DNA from: an uncultured Actinomyces sp.
Lineage (GTDB): Bacteria > Actinomycetota > Actinomycetes > Actinomycetales > Actinomycetaceae
Length of the DNA: 64,000 nt
NCBI GenBank assembly: GCA_964344825.1
Contig: CAYFOT010000004.1
Span: 7,588 to 71,587, forward strand
Reading direction: 5' to 3'
Shown: in pieces, positions 28,001 through 37,088 of the stretch
Layout: the number at the start of each line of letters is the position of its first letter
Numbering within the stretch: the stretch's first letter is position 1
The notes under the pieces: generated by a model
The model's database searches: none
What the model was told of the DNA's origin: nothing
What the model saw: the letters and a program-made list of their open reading frames with translations, nothing else
Program-made: the position numbers and the translations under genes

Positions 28001-28362
28001 TCGACGGGGTGCCCGTGGAGCTCTACGGGGATCAGTTCTCGCTCACTGAGCGTGTTGAGGCCGAGGTGGATGAGGCCGCGACCGTTCTGGATTCCGGCTG
28101 CTTCGTCGTCCTCGACAAGACCGTGTCTGCGGAACTGGAGGCAGAAGGCTGGGCGCGTGACCTGGTGCGTTCCATCCAGGACGCGCGCAAGAACGCGGGC
28201 CTGCATATCGCGGACCGCATCGATGTGACCCTGGAGGTCCCGGCGGAGCGTTTGGACGCGTTGGAGACTCACGCGGACATGATCCGTCATGAGACGCTTA
28301 CCGTTGGGTTGGAATCCAGCGTTGGTGATGAATTGAAGATCAAGGTTGCGCGCCGCCAGTAG
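25033..28362 (+). CDS. ileS: Isoleucine--tRNA ligase
   Basis: HYGH (PHYGHLL) and KMSKS motifs and a CP1 editing domain. Start set at ATG 25033 (MATSKKRFP...) behind AAGAGGA. The track start at 24925 would run through the T-box. Confidence 0.93.
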   Translation: MATSKKRFPLHRAALEVDAKPSLPKIEEEILSYWKEDDTFKKSVEQRAAGARGSNEFVFYDGPPFANGTPHYGHLLTGYVKDVVGRYQTMLGHRVERRFGWDTHGLPAEIEAERILGIVDKSEIDGPTGIGIQAFNDACQTSVLRYTAEWEDYVTRQARWVDFKNDYKTLDPEYMESTLWAFKTLFDKGLIYEGHRVLPYCWNDETPLSNHELKMDEDVYQDRTDQTATVGVALLGEDGEPTGEVALVWTTTPWTLPSNLAVAVGPDVDYVVVRPRSGVLEGKDVIIAAALADQYAPEFGVVEAGEGDAEGTDAPTSVDELVVKRLKGSDLTGRRYAPMFNYFADKPETEAPGPNAFQVIEADFVTTEDGTGLVHLAPAFGEDDMNVCLANGIKTVVPVDDSGKFTSQVPQYEGVQVFDANRLVLADLRDGTGALAEVEAERRPVLVRQASYLHSYPHCWRCRKPLIYRAVSSWFVEVTKFRDRMVELNQQINWVPDHLRDGQFGKWLEGARDWSISRTRFWGAPIPVWKSDNPDFPRIDVYGSYQQIADDFGVDVDKINLHRPAVDTLVRPNPDDPTGKSMMRRVPEVLDCWFESGSMPFAQVHYPFENQEWFEDHYPGDFIVEYVGQTRGWFYTLHVLATALFDRPAFRTSLSHGIILGNDGTKMSKSLRNYPDVQGVFDSYGSDAMRWFLLASPVVRGGNLIVTEDGIRDAVRQVLLPLWNSYYFFTLYGNACNGGEGISPTRLDKVDDPQAVFEALPEMDRYLLARTREVTEEVREAMDQYDLPRAAARIRDHMEVITNWYVRTQRQRFWEEEQEAFDALYTALVILTEAAAPLMPLITEEIWRGLTGGESVHLVDFPDLPKSWSDEDLVAGMDEVQEIVSAGHSLRKAEKLRVRQPLANLLVVSEKAKSLERFAPVIASEVNVKNVDFELPADSGLSIRQDLSLNPRAFANNVRPKTSALFQAMKSGAWEVIEGGEGVRFPGVEVDGVPVELYGDQFSLTERVEAEVDEAATVLDSGCFVVLDKTVSAELEAEGWARDLVRSIQDARKNAGLHIADRIDVTLEVPAERLDALETHADMIRHETLTVGLESSVGDELKIKVARRQ

Positions 28363-28389
28363 GCGGACGACCGATCATAAGGAGAAACG

Positions 28390-30042
28390 GTGGCAAACGA
28401 GGACCAAGAGTTCGACATCCCCGAAGGCGTAGACCCTGAGCTGGTGCCTTACCTTCTGGCGGCGCAAGAGCCCGCTGAGGACGAGGACGAAGTGGCGGAC
28501 CCGGATGCCACAGACTCCCCTGAGGATGGGGATGGGGGCGAGGACGAGGAGTTGGCGATCCTGCGCGACATCGTCCGCGACACGCTCCTTGCGGGTGCCG
28601 ACCCGGAACTCATTGAGGCAGTACTGGCAGGTGAACTGGGCGAGGACGAAGAGGACGGGGAAGACCCGGCGCGTGAGGCACAGTTGGATGAGGCTGAGGC
28701 TGCGGCGCTGCGCGCGTCGGCGGCCCGGGCAATCTATGAGTCGCTGCTGAAGCGGGCCCCGGAGCACGACTTTGATCCCAGCTTGGATCGCGTGCGCGAC
28801 GTGCTGTCTATCCTTGGCGACCCGCAGGATGCGTACCCCAGCGTGCACGTCGGTGGCACCAACGGCAAAACTTCGACGACGCGCATGATCGCATCCCTTT
28901 TCACCACGTTCGGACTGCGCACGGGTAGTTTCACGTCCCCGCACCTTCTAAGCGTGAATGAGCGAATCGCAGTCAATGGCGTGCCGTTGACGGATGCGGA
29001 GTTCGTGGCGGCGTGGGAAGACGTGGCTCCCTACATCGCCATGGTGGATGCGGCGTCGGCCGAAAAGGGTGAGCCACAAATCTCCTACTTTGAGGCACTC
29101 ACAATCATGGCCATGGCATGGTTCGCGGATGCGCCGGCCGATGTCGCTGTGTTCGAGGTCGGGATGGGGGGACGCTGGGACTCCACCAACGTCCTGGACC
29201 CCGGCGTCGCGGTCATCACTCCGATTGCCATGGACCATGAGCGCTGGCTTGGGTCCACTTTGAGTGACATGGCCTTTGAGAAGGCCGGCATCATCAAGGA
29301 CCGATCCATCGTGGTGGTTTGCAGCCAAGATGAAGAAGTCATGGAAGTCATCGAACGTAGGGCGTTAGAGACTGACTCTGTGCTGTGGGTTGAGGGTACC
29401 CACTGGGAAGTTCTGTCTCGCACGCCCGGGGTTGGTGGCCAGATCATTGACGTTCGCACTCCCACCGGTGTCTATGAGCAGCTGTTCGTTCCGCTACATG
29501 GAGAACACCAGGCTCACAATGCTGCCGCGGCACTTGTCGCGACCGAAGCAATGATGGGCGGCAAGCCTCTTCCAACTGAGGTTGTGGAGGACGGATTCCT
29601 GGCTGTGCGTTCACCTGGGCGACTGGAAGTCGTTAGGCGTTCGCCAACTATCGTGGTGGATGCGGCCCACAATCCTGCCGGTGTTGCAGTGCTGAAGGAG
29701 TCTCTTGAAGAGTCATTCCGCTTCAACGTGACAATTGGTTTATTCTCCGCGATGGGGGACAAGGCGATTGAGCAGATGTTGGTGGAGATTGAGCCTTCCC
29801 TAGATGAGCTGGTCATCGTTGAGATGGGGTCGGAGCGCGGCGTCGACATCGAAACCCTCAAAGAGATCGCTGACGACGTATTCGGTGAGGACCGCGTGCA
29901 TGTCGCGCACGATGTTGCAAGCGGCATCGAAGAGGCCACGCGTTTGGCTGATGCCCCAACAGATCCAACCTTGACCCGCGGGATTGTTGCGTTCGGGAGC
30001 ATCCAGTTCATCGGTGAGGTGACGGGACTGCTGAGGCTCTAG
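28390..30042 (+). CDS. folC: Folylpolyglutamate synthase / dihydrofolate synthase with ~100-aa acidic N-terminal extension
   Basis: Mur-ligase P-loop GGTNGKTST and FolC-like sequence from about residue 115. GTG 28390 has a strong SD AAGGAGA, so the extension is probably translated. Confidence 0.88.
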   Translation: MANEDQEFDIPEGVDPELVPYLLAAQEPAEDEDEVADPDATDSPEDGDGGEDEELAILRDIVRDTLLAGADPELIEAVLAGELGEDEEDGEDPAREAQLDEAEAAALRASAARAIYESLLKRAPEHDFDPSLDRVRDVLSILGDPQDAYPSVHVGGTNGKTSTTRMIASLFTTFGLRTGSFTSPHLLSVNERIAVNGVPLTDAEFVAAWEDVAPYIAMVDAASAEKGEPQISYFEALTIMAMAWFADAPADVAVFEVGMGGRWDSTNVLDPGVAVITPIAMDHERWLGSTLSDMAFEKAGIIKDRSIVVVCSQDEEVMEVIERRALETDSVLWVEGTHWEVLSRTPGVGGQIIDVRTPTGVYEQLFVPLHGEHQAHNAAAALVATEAMMGGKPLPTEVVEDGFLAVRSPGRLEVVRRSPTIVVDAAHNPAGVAVLKESLEESFRFNVTIGLFSAMGDKAIEQMLVEIEPSLDELVIVEMGSERGVDIETLKEIADDVFGEDRVHVAHDVASGIEEATRLADAPTDPTLTRGIVAFGSIQFIGEVTGLLRL

Positions 30043-30209
30043 CTACACTGCAAACACCCTGTCATTCGGCTGGTTGCACGACTTTGCTTGTTTTGGAACT
30101 GCTGTGCAACTTTGTGCTCGGCGTGCGCGATACTGTTGGAGTTGGCTTGCGGCTGGCAGGATTGGATGTGATTGGGCCCACCGGGGAGCCCACAGAGTAG
30201 GAGTCATCA

Positions 30210-31205
30210 ATGAAGAAGCTCATCAACGATTCGCAGCAGGTTGTCAAGGAGACCCTGGAGGGCTTCCAAGCAGCGCATAAGGACCAGGTGACGGTTCATT
30301 ATGGGCCGGACTGGGTGGAGCGGAAGACACCGAAGGCAGCCGGTAAGGTCGGACTGGTTTCCGGTGGTGGCTCTGGTCACGAACCGCTACACGCGGGATA
30401 TGTCGGGCTGGGAATGCTGGATGCCGCTGTCCCAGGACCCGTGTTTACGTCACCGACCCCGGACCCGATCGTGGAGGCGACCAAGGCCGTTGATCGTGGG
30501 GCTGGTGTTGTCCACATCGTCAAGAACTACACCGGAGACGTCTTGAATTTTGAGACGGCTGCGGAACTGGCGGGCATGGATGGCGTTGAGGTTGAATCCG
30601 TCCTTGTCGATGATGACTGCGCCGTTGAGGACTCTCTCTACACGGCCGGCAGGCGCGGGGTTGCCGGGACCGTCCTCGTCGAAAAGATTGCGGGAGCCGC
30701 TGCCGAAGCGGGTCTGTCTTTGGCGGAAGTCGCCCAGGTGGCGCGCACCGTCAATGAGAACACGCGCTCCATGGGGTTGGCGCTGGGCCCGTGCACGGTG
30801 CCCCACGCGGGGAAGCCATCATTTGATCTTGAGGATGATGAGATTGAGTTGGGTATCGGCATCCACGGCGAACCCGGATACCGGCGTGGCCCGATGGAGC
30901 CGGCTGATGACTTGACGGTCGAACTGTACGAAAAGGTACGCGACGACTTGGGCCTGAAGAAGGGTGATCACGTCATCGCATTGGTGAACGGCATGGGTGG
31001 CACACCTGAATCGGAGCTGTACATTGTGTTCCGCAAGGTGGCGCTGCTGGCAGAAGCCGATGGCATTGAGATTTCGCGTGCCATGGTTGGTAACTATGTG
31101 ACCAGCCTTGAGATGCCCGGTGTCTCCATCACGCTCACGCGTGTAGATAACCAGATGCTGGAGTTCTTCGACGCGCCGGTCGACACCCCGGCATGGAAGA
31201 ATTAG
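30210..31205 (+). CDS. dhaK: Dihydroxyacetone kinase subunit DhaK
   Basis: MKKLIND...SGGGSGHEP...DhaK motifs, 331 aa. Confidence 0.9.
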   Translation: MKKLINDSQQVVKETLEGFQAAHKDQVTVHYGPDWVERKTPKAAGKVGLVSGGGSGHEPLHAGYVGLGMLDAAVPGPVFTSPTPDPIVEATKAVDRGAGVVHIVKNYTGDVLNFETAAELAGMDGVEVESVLVDDDCAVEDSLYTAGRRGVAGTVLVEKIAGAAAEAGLSLAEVAQVARTVNENTRSMGLALGPCTVPHAGKPSFDLEDDEIELGIGIHGEPGYRRGPMEPADDLTVELYEKVRDDLGLKKGDHVIALVNGMGGTPESELYIVFRKVALLAEADGIEISRAMVGNYVTSLEMPGVSITLTRVDNQMLEFFDAPVDTPAWKN

Positions 31206-31228
31206 GGAAAAGTTGTTTGAGTGAAAGC

Positions 31229-31255
31229 GGGGGTCGGCAACCGTTGCCGACCCCT
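31229..31255 (+). terminator. Perfect hairpin between dhaK and dhaL (attenuator or processing site?)
   Basis: GGGGTCGGCAA (31230-31240) / TTGCCGACCCC (31244-31254) with a 3-nt loop, followed by TGGTTT. Confidence 0.4.
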
Positions 31256-31281
31256 GGTTTCCGCCACGAAAGGGGCACACG

Positions 31282-31935
31282 GTGGGGAAGAACGTAGATT
31301 GGGCAAAGCGTTGGATTGAGCTCTCGGCTGTTTCCGTCGGGGACAACCGTGAGCTGCTGATCGACTTGGATCGGCAAATCGGCGACGGAGACCACGGGGA
31401 AAACATGGACCGCGGCTTCTCCGCTGTTGTGCGTGGAGACGGACTGGAGGAGTCCGCTACGGCGCCTGAGCTCCTGAAGTATGTGGCGAAGACACTTTTG
31501 TCCACTGTCGGTGGTGCCGCGGGACCTCTCTACGGCACGGCGTTCCTGCGTGCTTCCGGTTCAGTCCCAGAAGAGGACATGACAGCCACTGACGTTGCCA
31601 ACATGCTTGAAGCCGCAGTGAAGGGCGTGCAGGCTCGGGGGAAGGCCGTGGCCGGGGAGAAAACCATGGTGGACGCGCTCCTGCCTGCCGTTGACGCCGC
31701 CCGCGCGGTCGCCGAATCGGGGGGAACCGCGCTTGACGCATTTGAAGCCGCAGCAGCAGGTGCGGAGGCTGGAGCAGAGGCCACAGAGCCGATGCGTGCA
31801 ACAAAGGGACGGGCGTCCTACCTGGGTGAACGTAGCATCGGGCACCTAGACCCCGGGGCAGTATCATCAAAGCTTCTTCTAGCGGCGGCCGCTCAGGCGG
31901 CTCAGGAAGTATATGGAAGCGCGGGTGACCAGTGA
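31282..31935 (+). CDS. dhaL: Dihydroxyacetone kinase ADP-binding subunit DhaL
   Basis: DLDRQIGDGDHGENM motif, 217 aa. Confidence 0.88.
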   Translation: MGKNVDWAKRWIELSAVSVGDNRELLIDLDRQIGDGDHGENMDRGFSAVVRGDGLEESATAPELLKYVAKTLLSTVGGAAGPLYGTAFLRASGSVPEEDMTATDVANMLEAAVKGVQARGKAVAGEKTMVDALLPAVDAARAVAESGGTALDAFEAAAAGAEAGAEATEPMRATKGRASYLGERSIGHLDPGAVSSKLLLAAAAQAAQEVYGSAGDQ

Positions 31936-32678
31936 GCGCAGTTGCGTTAGTCGTTGTTTCTCACTCTGATCTTTTGGCGCGCGGCGTAGTAGAGCTGTCC
32001 GGTGCCATGGCTCCCGATGTTCACATAGGTGCCGCTGGGGGGCTGCCTGACGGCGGGCTTGGAACGTCGTTTGACCTGGTCGAAGAGGCTGTTGGAAAAG
32101 CCCTTGACGCCGCGGGTGGTGCAGGTGTTGTCGTTCTGACCGATCTTGGGTCGGCGACCCTCACAGTCGACATGGTCATTGAGTTTGCCGATGACCCGGA
32201 TGCTGTGAGACTGGTGGATGGCCCATTGGTGGAAGGCGCCGTCGCGGCAGCGGTCGCGGCGCAACAGGGACAAGATCAAGACGGCGTCGCCCAAGCTATG
32301 AAGGATGCGGCGTCCCAATGGTGTCCGGAAGAAAGTGCACCCGCGAAGCTGAAGAAACTCAAGTCTGACGCCCTCGAAGAACCTCCAGCTGATGAGCTTC
32401 CCGTAGGAACCGAAGTTACGTTGGAGGCGTTAGTGACTGACCCTGCAGGTATGCACGCGCGCCCCGCCGCACAGATCGCGGCTTTGGCCGCAACATTCGA
32501 CGCGGAAGTTACAATCGACGATGCCGGTGCCGAATCGATGATGGAGCTGATGTCACTGGGCGTTGCGAAGGGCGATACAGTGGTTGTCAGTGCCACTGGA
32601 GCCGATGCCGTTTCCGCAGCGCACGCCATCGCAGATGCCATAACGCATGGTGTCGCAGAACCGTCCGCCGACGCTTAG
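31932..32678 (+). CDS. dhaM: Dihydroxyacetone kinase phosphotransfer subunit DhaM (EIIA-Man-like plus HPr-like domains)
   Basis: N-terminal VVVSHSDLLARG (EIIA-Man type) and C-terminal HPr-like GMHARPAAQIA. The start overlaps the dhaL stop. Confidence 0.85.
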   Translation: MSAVALVVVSHSDLLARGVVELSGAMAPDVHIGAAGGLPDGGLGTSFDLVEEAVGKALDAAGGAGVVVLTDLGSATLTVDMVIEFADDPDAVRLVDGPLVEGAVAAAVAAQQGQDQDGVAQAMKDAASQWCPEESAPAKLKKLKSDALEEPPADELPVGTEVTLEALVTDPAGMHARPAAQIAALAATFDAEVTIDDAGAESMMELMSLGVAKGDTVVVSATGADAVSAAHAIADAITHGVAEPSADA

Positions 32679-32690
32679 AAGGAGAAACCC

Positions 32691-33158
32691 ATGCCAACAC
32701 CAGATCTGCTCGACCCACGCAAAGAACACACACTCCTGCTGGTCAAACCTGACGGGTTCCGCAGGGGACTCACCGGGGAAATCCTGTCGCGAATCGAAAT
32801 GAAGGGGTTCGTGCTGAAGGGACTCAAGATTAAGAAGGCGGATGCAGCGCTTCTTACTGAGCATTATGAGGAACACAAGGACAAGCACTTCTTCCCCTCC
32901 CTGCGCGACTACATGATGGAAGGCCCCCTGGTCGCAGTCGTCGTCGAAGGTGACCGCGTCATTGAGGCTCTGCGCATCATGGCCGGAGCAACCAACCCAA
33001 CACTTGCGGCTCCGGGAACCATCCGCGGTGACCTTGGGCGCGACTGGGGTACGGAAGCGGTGCAGAACGTGGTTCACTGCTCCGACTCTGAAACCTCTGC
33101 CATCCGTGAGATTGCGCTCTGGTTCCCAGAGCTCGCTTATGACGAAGCAGCGCACTAA
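32691..33158 (+). CDS. ndk: Nucleoside-diphosphate kinase
   Basis: TLLLVKPDG...NVVHCSDS (active-site His) and a strong SD GAAGGAGA. Confidence 0.93.
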   Translation: MPTPDLLDPRKEHTLLLVKPDGFRRGLTGEILSRIEMKGFVLKGLKIKKADAALLTEHYEEHKDKHFFPSLRDYMMEGPLVAVVVEGDRVIEALRIMAGATNPTLAAPGTIRGDLGRDWGTEAVQNVVHCSDSETSAIREIALWFPELAYDEAAH

Positions 33159-33191
33159 CGCGGCTGCTTTCTCTGCACACACCCAACATCC

Positions 33192-36100
33192 ATGTACCTG
33201 AAGGAACTAACGCTACGCGGATTCAAGTCCTTCGCATCCACGACCCGATTTCAGTTCGAACCGGGCATAACAGCGATCGTTGGCCCCAATGGTTCTGGGA
33301 AATCCAATGTTGTGGACGCTCTTGCATGGGTGATGGGGGAGCAGGGCGCGAAGTCACTGCGTGGCGCCAACATGGCGGACGTGATCTTCGCGGGAGGCAC
33401 CTCCAGGAGCGCGTTGGGTAGGGCCCAGGTGGAGTTGACGATTGACAACTCCGACGGGCGCCTGCCCATTTCCTATTCTGAAGTGACCATCTCACGGACC
33501 ATGTTCCGCTCAGGTGGGTCTGAGTATGCGATAAATCGTCAGCCGGTGCGCCTCCTTGACGTCCAAGAGCTCCTTTCCGACTCCGGCCTCGGCCGCCAAA
33601 TGCACGTCATAGTGGGCCAAGGCCAGTTGGACCGTGTGCTCTCAGCCAGTCCAATGGACAGGCGCGCCTTCATTGACGAAGCAGCTGGGGTCGCTAAGCA
33701 CCGTCGCCGCAAAGAGCGGGCACTACGCAAGCTGGAGTCAATGGACGCGAACCTGGTGCGCGTCCTTGACCTCACCGAAGACATGTCTGCCCGCCTCCGG
33801 CCGTTGGCGCGCCAAGCCAAGGCCGCCCGCGCGGCCCGCGGTGTCCGCGCTTCCCTCGCGTATGCTTCCGCGCGCGTCCTCGCTGATGACCTATCAAATG
33901 CAGAGGAGAGACTAGGTAAAGAGAAGCAGGTCCTGGAGCGTCTGCGTCGCGACTCCGCGGCCACACAACAAAACATCGACGCCCTCAACGAGGCATCGCA
34001 GCACACCTCTGACGCGCAAACAAGTATGCGTTCCCTCGCGGACCAAGTTGGGGACCGCTACCGCGACTTCACTGAGCAGCAGGGACGGTTCACGTCTATC
34101 AAGGACTTGGCGAATGAGCGTGCGGCAGGCGCTTCACGGACACCGGTGGCGATCTCTGAGAGCGCCGTGGCGTTAGCCCAGGACCGCGCGCAGGAAGCAC
34201 GAACCGAAGCAGTGGCTGCCGAAGAGGTCGCGACTGCGGCACAGAAGTCCTATGAGGAAGCAACCGCAGCCCGCGCTTCCGCAGAACCTCGCTTGAAGGA
34301 GGCGGAACGCGCACTTGCCGAACGCCAGCGCAGCCTCCGACTTGAGAGGGAACAATACGAGAAGAGCCTGAGGGACCTTGAGTCCGGGCGCCTCTCCCTT
34401 CAGGCCGTGACCGGACAGGCGGCCAGTGCGCGGGAAAGACTGGCGGGCGCGCAGGACCGTCTACGGCTTGCGACCGAGGGCGTTGAGCGTCACCTCAGCG
34501 CGTCGGGCGCAGTGGGTGCGGACGGGGAGGAACCAGCGGAAGGGGCCCTGTATGAGGACGCAGCAGAAGCAGAACGCGCAGCCCGCGATGAGCTAACCCG
34601 CGCCCAACGCGAAGAGCGCGCGTCTATTGAGGAGCACTCCAGGCTCCGCTCACGAAGGGAGACCCTCCAGTCTTCGCTGCGCTCGCGCCCAAAAAACGAT
34701 GACGCGCGTGTTTCCGTAGATGTCGGCGCTTTGGGCGGGAAACTGGGGACTCTGGAAGACAACGTGCGTATTGAGAGAGGCTGGGAAGAAGCCATCAACG
34801 CACTACTGGGCACCATGCTGTCCGCCCTCGTCATTGAGGGGCCAAGCAGGTATCAGGAGATCGCTGACCAACTGGTTGAGGTCGCCAGCGCAGAAGAAAT
34901 AGGCGCCGGCGGACTGATCCTCCTGGAAGATGAGGCCGTAACAACCGTTGCGACGACCGAGCACACCGGTGAAACCCCCGTCTTCGCAGACCTAGGCTGC
35001 AAGCCGGCCCTCAGTGTCGTTCACGCGTCGGCCGCACTGTCCCGTCCCCTCGCGTCACTGCTGGCGGGAGCATATGTTTGCGCGGATGTGGAAGCCGCGC
35101 GCCTCGCCCTCGCACGAATTCGGGACGAGGACGTTGCCCGCAATTTCGTTGTCGCCACGACAGGAGGGGCCGTGTTTGGCGCCGGGTTCACCCGGTTGAG
35201 AGGAGCGATGGAGAGCTCCCGGCTGCTCCTCAAAGCCGACCTTGAGGAAACTGAGCGGGACGAAGTGGCTGCCGGGGAGGTACTGGCGGCACAAACGGCG
35301 CGTGTCAAAGAGGCGTCCTCGGCGTTGAAGGAAGCGTCACTGGTGCGTCAGGAAGCACTTGGTCGGCTCAGAGACGCAGATGCGCAACGCGCGAAGGTCG
35401 CACAGGAGACGGCGCGACTGAAGGCGCTCGCGCACGCCGCCGCCATCGATGTGGAACGCGTTGAGTCGCAGGTGAGGCAGGCGGAAGAGAAAACCAGAGA
35501 GGCGCAGGCCCGCGTGTCTGCACTGGAATCCGCCCTCCCGGAAAGTGAGCCGCCCGGAGATGAGATCCTAAGCCCACTCCAGAAACAGGTAGATGAAGCC
35601 CGCGCGGTTGTCCAAGGTACGTGGGAGGCCCAGAACCAGGCACGCATGGACGCCCACATCGCCAAGGAACGTGCCCAGGCTGCACAGAAAAGCGCGCGCG
35701 CATTTGAAACCCAGGCGCAGAGCCTCCGGGATGACAGGACACGCCAGTTAGAGCGTGAACGCGCCGCGCGCAGTGCTGTGAGTCGTTTCTACGACGTGGC
35801 GGAGAGGGCCGAGCAAGCGGGGATTCGATCCCAAAATGCCGCCCAACAGGCACTGGAGTTGCGGGACAGGTGCCGTGCGGAGCTGCAGGTACTCACAGAT
35901 TCCCTAGTTAAGCTTTCCGCCGATCTGAGGACCGCGGAGGCTACGCGCGCCGCAATGGCAGAGGAACTGTTGCAAAGTGAAGTTGCGTTCGCGTCTGCAG
36001 CAACCGCCGTGGCGACGCTACGCGACAAGGCACTGGATTTAACCAAGGAGTACGGGGAGTTACTAGACCTCAAGCTGCCGCTGCCGCCCGGACTGAAACG

Positions 36101-36980
36101 GTACGACGGCGGCGTGGACGTGGCAGATGCGGGAGCGGCAGACTTGGCTGCTTCGGCGGAACGCGACGCCCAAGAGGAGCTGTGGGATGAGGCCCTGGAA
36201 GCGGCCGACAACCTGCTGGCAGCCTATGGGCCGCACCTTCCGTGGGATCCGCCCTCGACAGAAACTGAAGGCGCGCAGGGTGAGGGCGAACCACGTAAAG
36301 CCGAACCACGCAAGGGCGAACCGCGTGAGTACGTGCGGGAATACGCCCAGAGCCAAATGGAGAGCTCCCAGCGGGCACTTTCCAGACTTGGCGTCGTGAA
36401 CCCCCTAGCGATTGAGGAATATGACGCGGCATCCGCCCGCTTCCGGTTCCTGCAGGACCAAGTGCAGGACCTGAACCGGTCCAAAGCGGACCTGTTGGAT
36501 CTGATCAAGCAGGTCGACATCCAGGTGCGTGAGGCGTTCGAGGACGCATTCACGGATACCTCGCGCCAGTTCGAATCCACATTCTCCAAACTCTTCCCCG
36601 GCGGGACCGGACGCCTGGAACTTACCGACCCCTCCGACCCGCTCACGACCGGCGTTGAGATTTATGCCAGACCTTTCGGGAAACGCGTCACGCGGCTCTC
36701 CTTGCTTTCCGGCGGAGAAAGGTCGCTTGCGGCGCTGGCCTATCTGATCGCGATATTCGAAGCCCGCCCATCGCCTTTTTACATACTGGATGAGATAGAG
36801 GCCGCCCTCGACGACATCAACCTTTCCCGTGTGCTGGGGCTGCTGGAGGATCTCCGTAAGGAAAGCCAGCTGCTGATCATCACCCACCAGAAGCGGACCA
36901 TGGAGTTCGCCGATGCGTTGTACGGCGTGACGATGAAGGATGGGGTTACCGCGGTAATGTCACATAGGATGGCGGGGTAG
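33192..36980 (+). CDS. smc: Chromosome segregation protein SMC
   Basis: Walker A GPNGSGKSN, long coiled coils, a hinge, and C-terminal LSGGERSLAALA...ILDEIEAALD. Confidence 0.93.
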   Translation: MYLKELTLRGFKSFASTTRFQFEPGITAIVGPNGSGKSNVVDALAWVMGEQGAKSLRGANMADVIFAGGTSRSALGRAQVELTIDNSDGRLPISYSEVTISRTMFRSGGSEYAINRQPVRLLDVQELLSDSGLGRQMHVIVGQGQLDRVLSASPMDRRAFIDEAAGVAKHRRRKERALRKLESMDANLVRVLDLTEDMSARLRPLARQAKAARAARGVRASLAYASARVLADDLSNAEERLGKEKQVLERLRRDSAATQQNIDALNEASQHTSDAQTSMRSLADQVGDRYRDFTEQQGRFTSIKDLANERAAGASRTPVAISESAVALAQDRAQEARTEAVAAEEVATAAQKSYEEATAARASAEPRLKEAERALAERQRSLRLEREQYEKSLRDLESGRLSLQAVTGQAASARERLAGAQDRLRLATEGVERHLSASGAVGADGEEPAEGALYEDAAEAERAARDELTRAQREERASIEEHSRLRSRRETLQSSLRSRPKNDDARVSVDVGALGGKLGTLEDNVRIERGWEEAINALLGTMLSALVIEGPSRYQEIADQLVEVASAEEIGAGGLILLEDEAVTTVATTEHTGETPVFADLGCKPALSVVHASAALSRPLASLLAGAYVCADVEAARLALARIRDEDVARNFVVATTGGAVFGAGFTRLRGAMESSRLLLKADLEETERDEVAAGEVLAAQTARVKEASSALKEASLVRQEALGRLRDADAQRAKVAQETARLKALAHAAAIDVERVESQVRQAEEKTREAQARVSALESALPESEPPGDEILSPLQKQVDEARAVVQGTWEAQNQARMDAHIAKERAQAAQKSARAFETQAQSLRDDRTRQLERERAARSAVSRFYDVAERAEQAGIRSQNAAQQALELRDRCRAELQVLTDSLVKLSADLRTAEATRAAMAEELLQSEVAFASAATAVATLRDKALDLTKEYGELLDLKLPLPPGLKRYDGGVDVADAGAADLAASAERDAQEELWDEALEAADNLLAAYGPHLPWDPPSTETEGAQGEGEPRKAEPRKGEPREYVREYAQSQMESSQRALSRLGVVNPLAIEEYDAASARFRFLQDQVQDLNRSKADLLDLIKQVDIQVREAFEDAFTDTSRQFESTFSKLFPGGTGRLELTDPSDPLTTGVEIYARPFGKRVTRLSLLSGGERSLAALAYLIAIFEARPSPFYILDEIEAALDDINLSRVLGLLEDLRKESQLLIITHQKRTMEFADALYGVTMKDGVTAVMSHRMAG
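36285..36329 (+). repeat. In-frame 15-bp imperfect tandem repeat x3 inside smc
   Basis: GGCGAACCACGTAAA / GCCGAACCACGCAAG / GGCGAACCGCGTGAG, encoding GEPRK-AEPRK-GEPRE. Confidence 0.75.
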
Positions 36981-37088
36981 CTGCTGACGTGTGCTGGCCT
37001 AAGCTAGGGGAACGCGTACGCGTGGGCGGAAACGTCCCCCCATCCAGCCTCCTTGAGGAAGGCCTAAGACCGTGAAAGACAGAATCCA

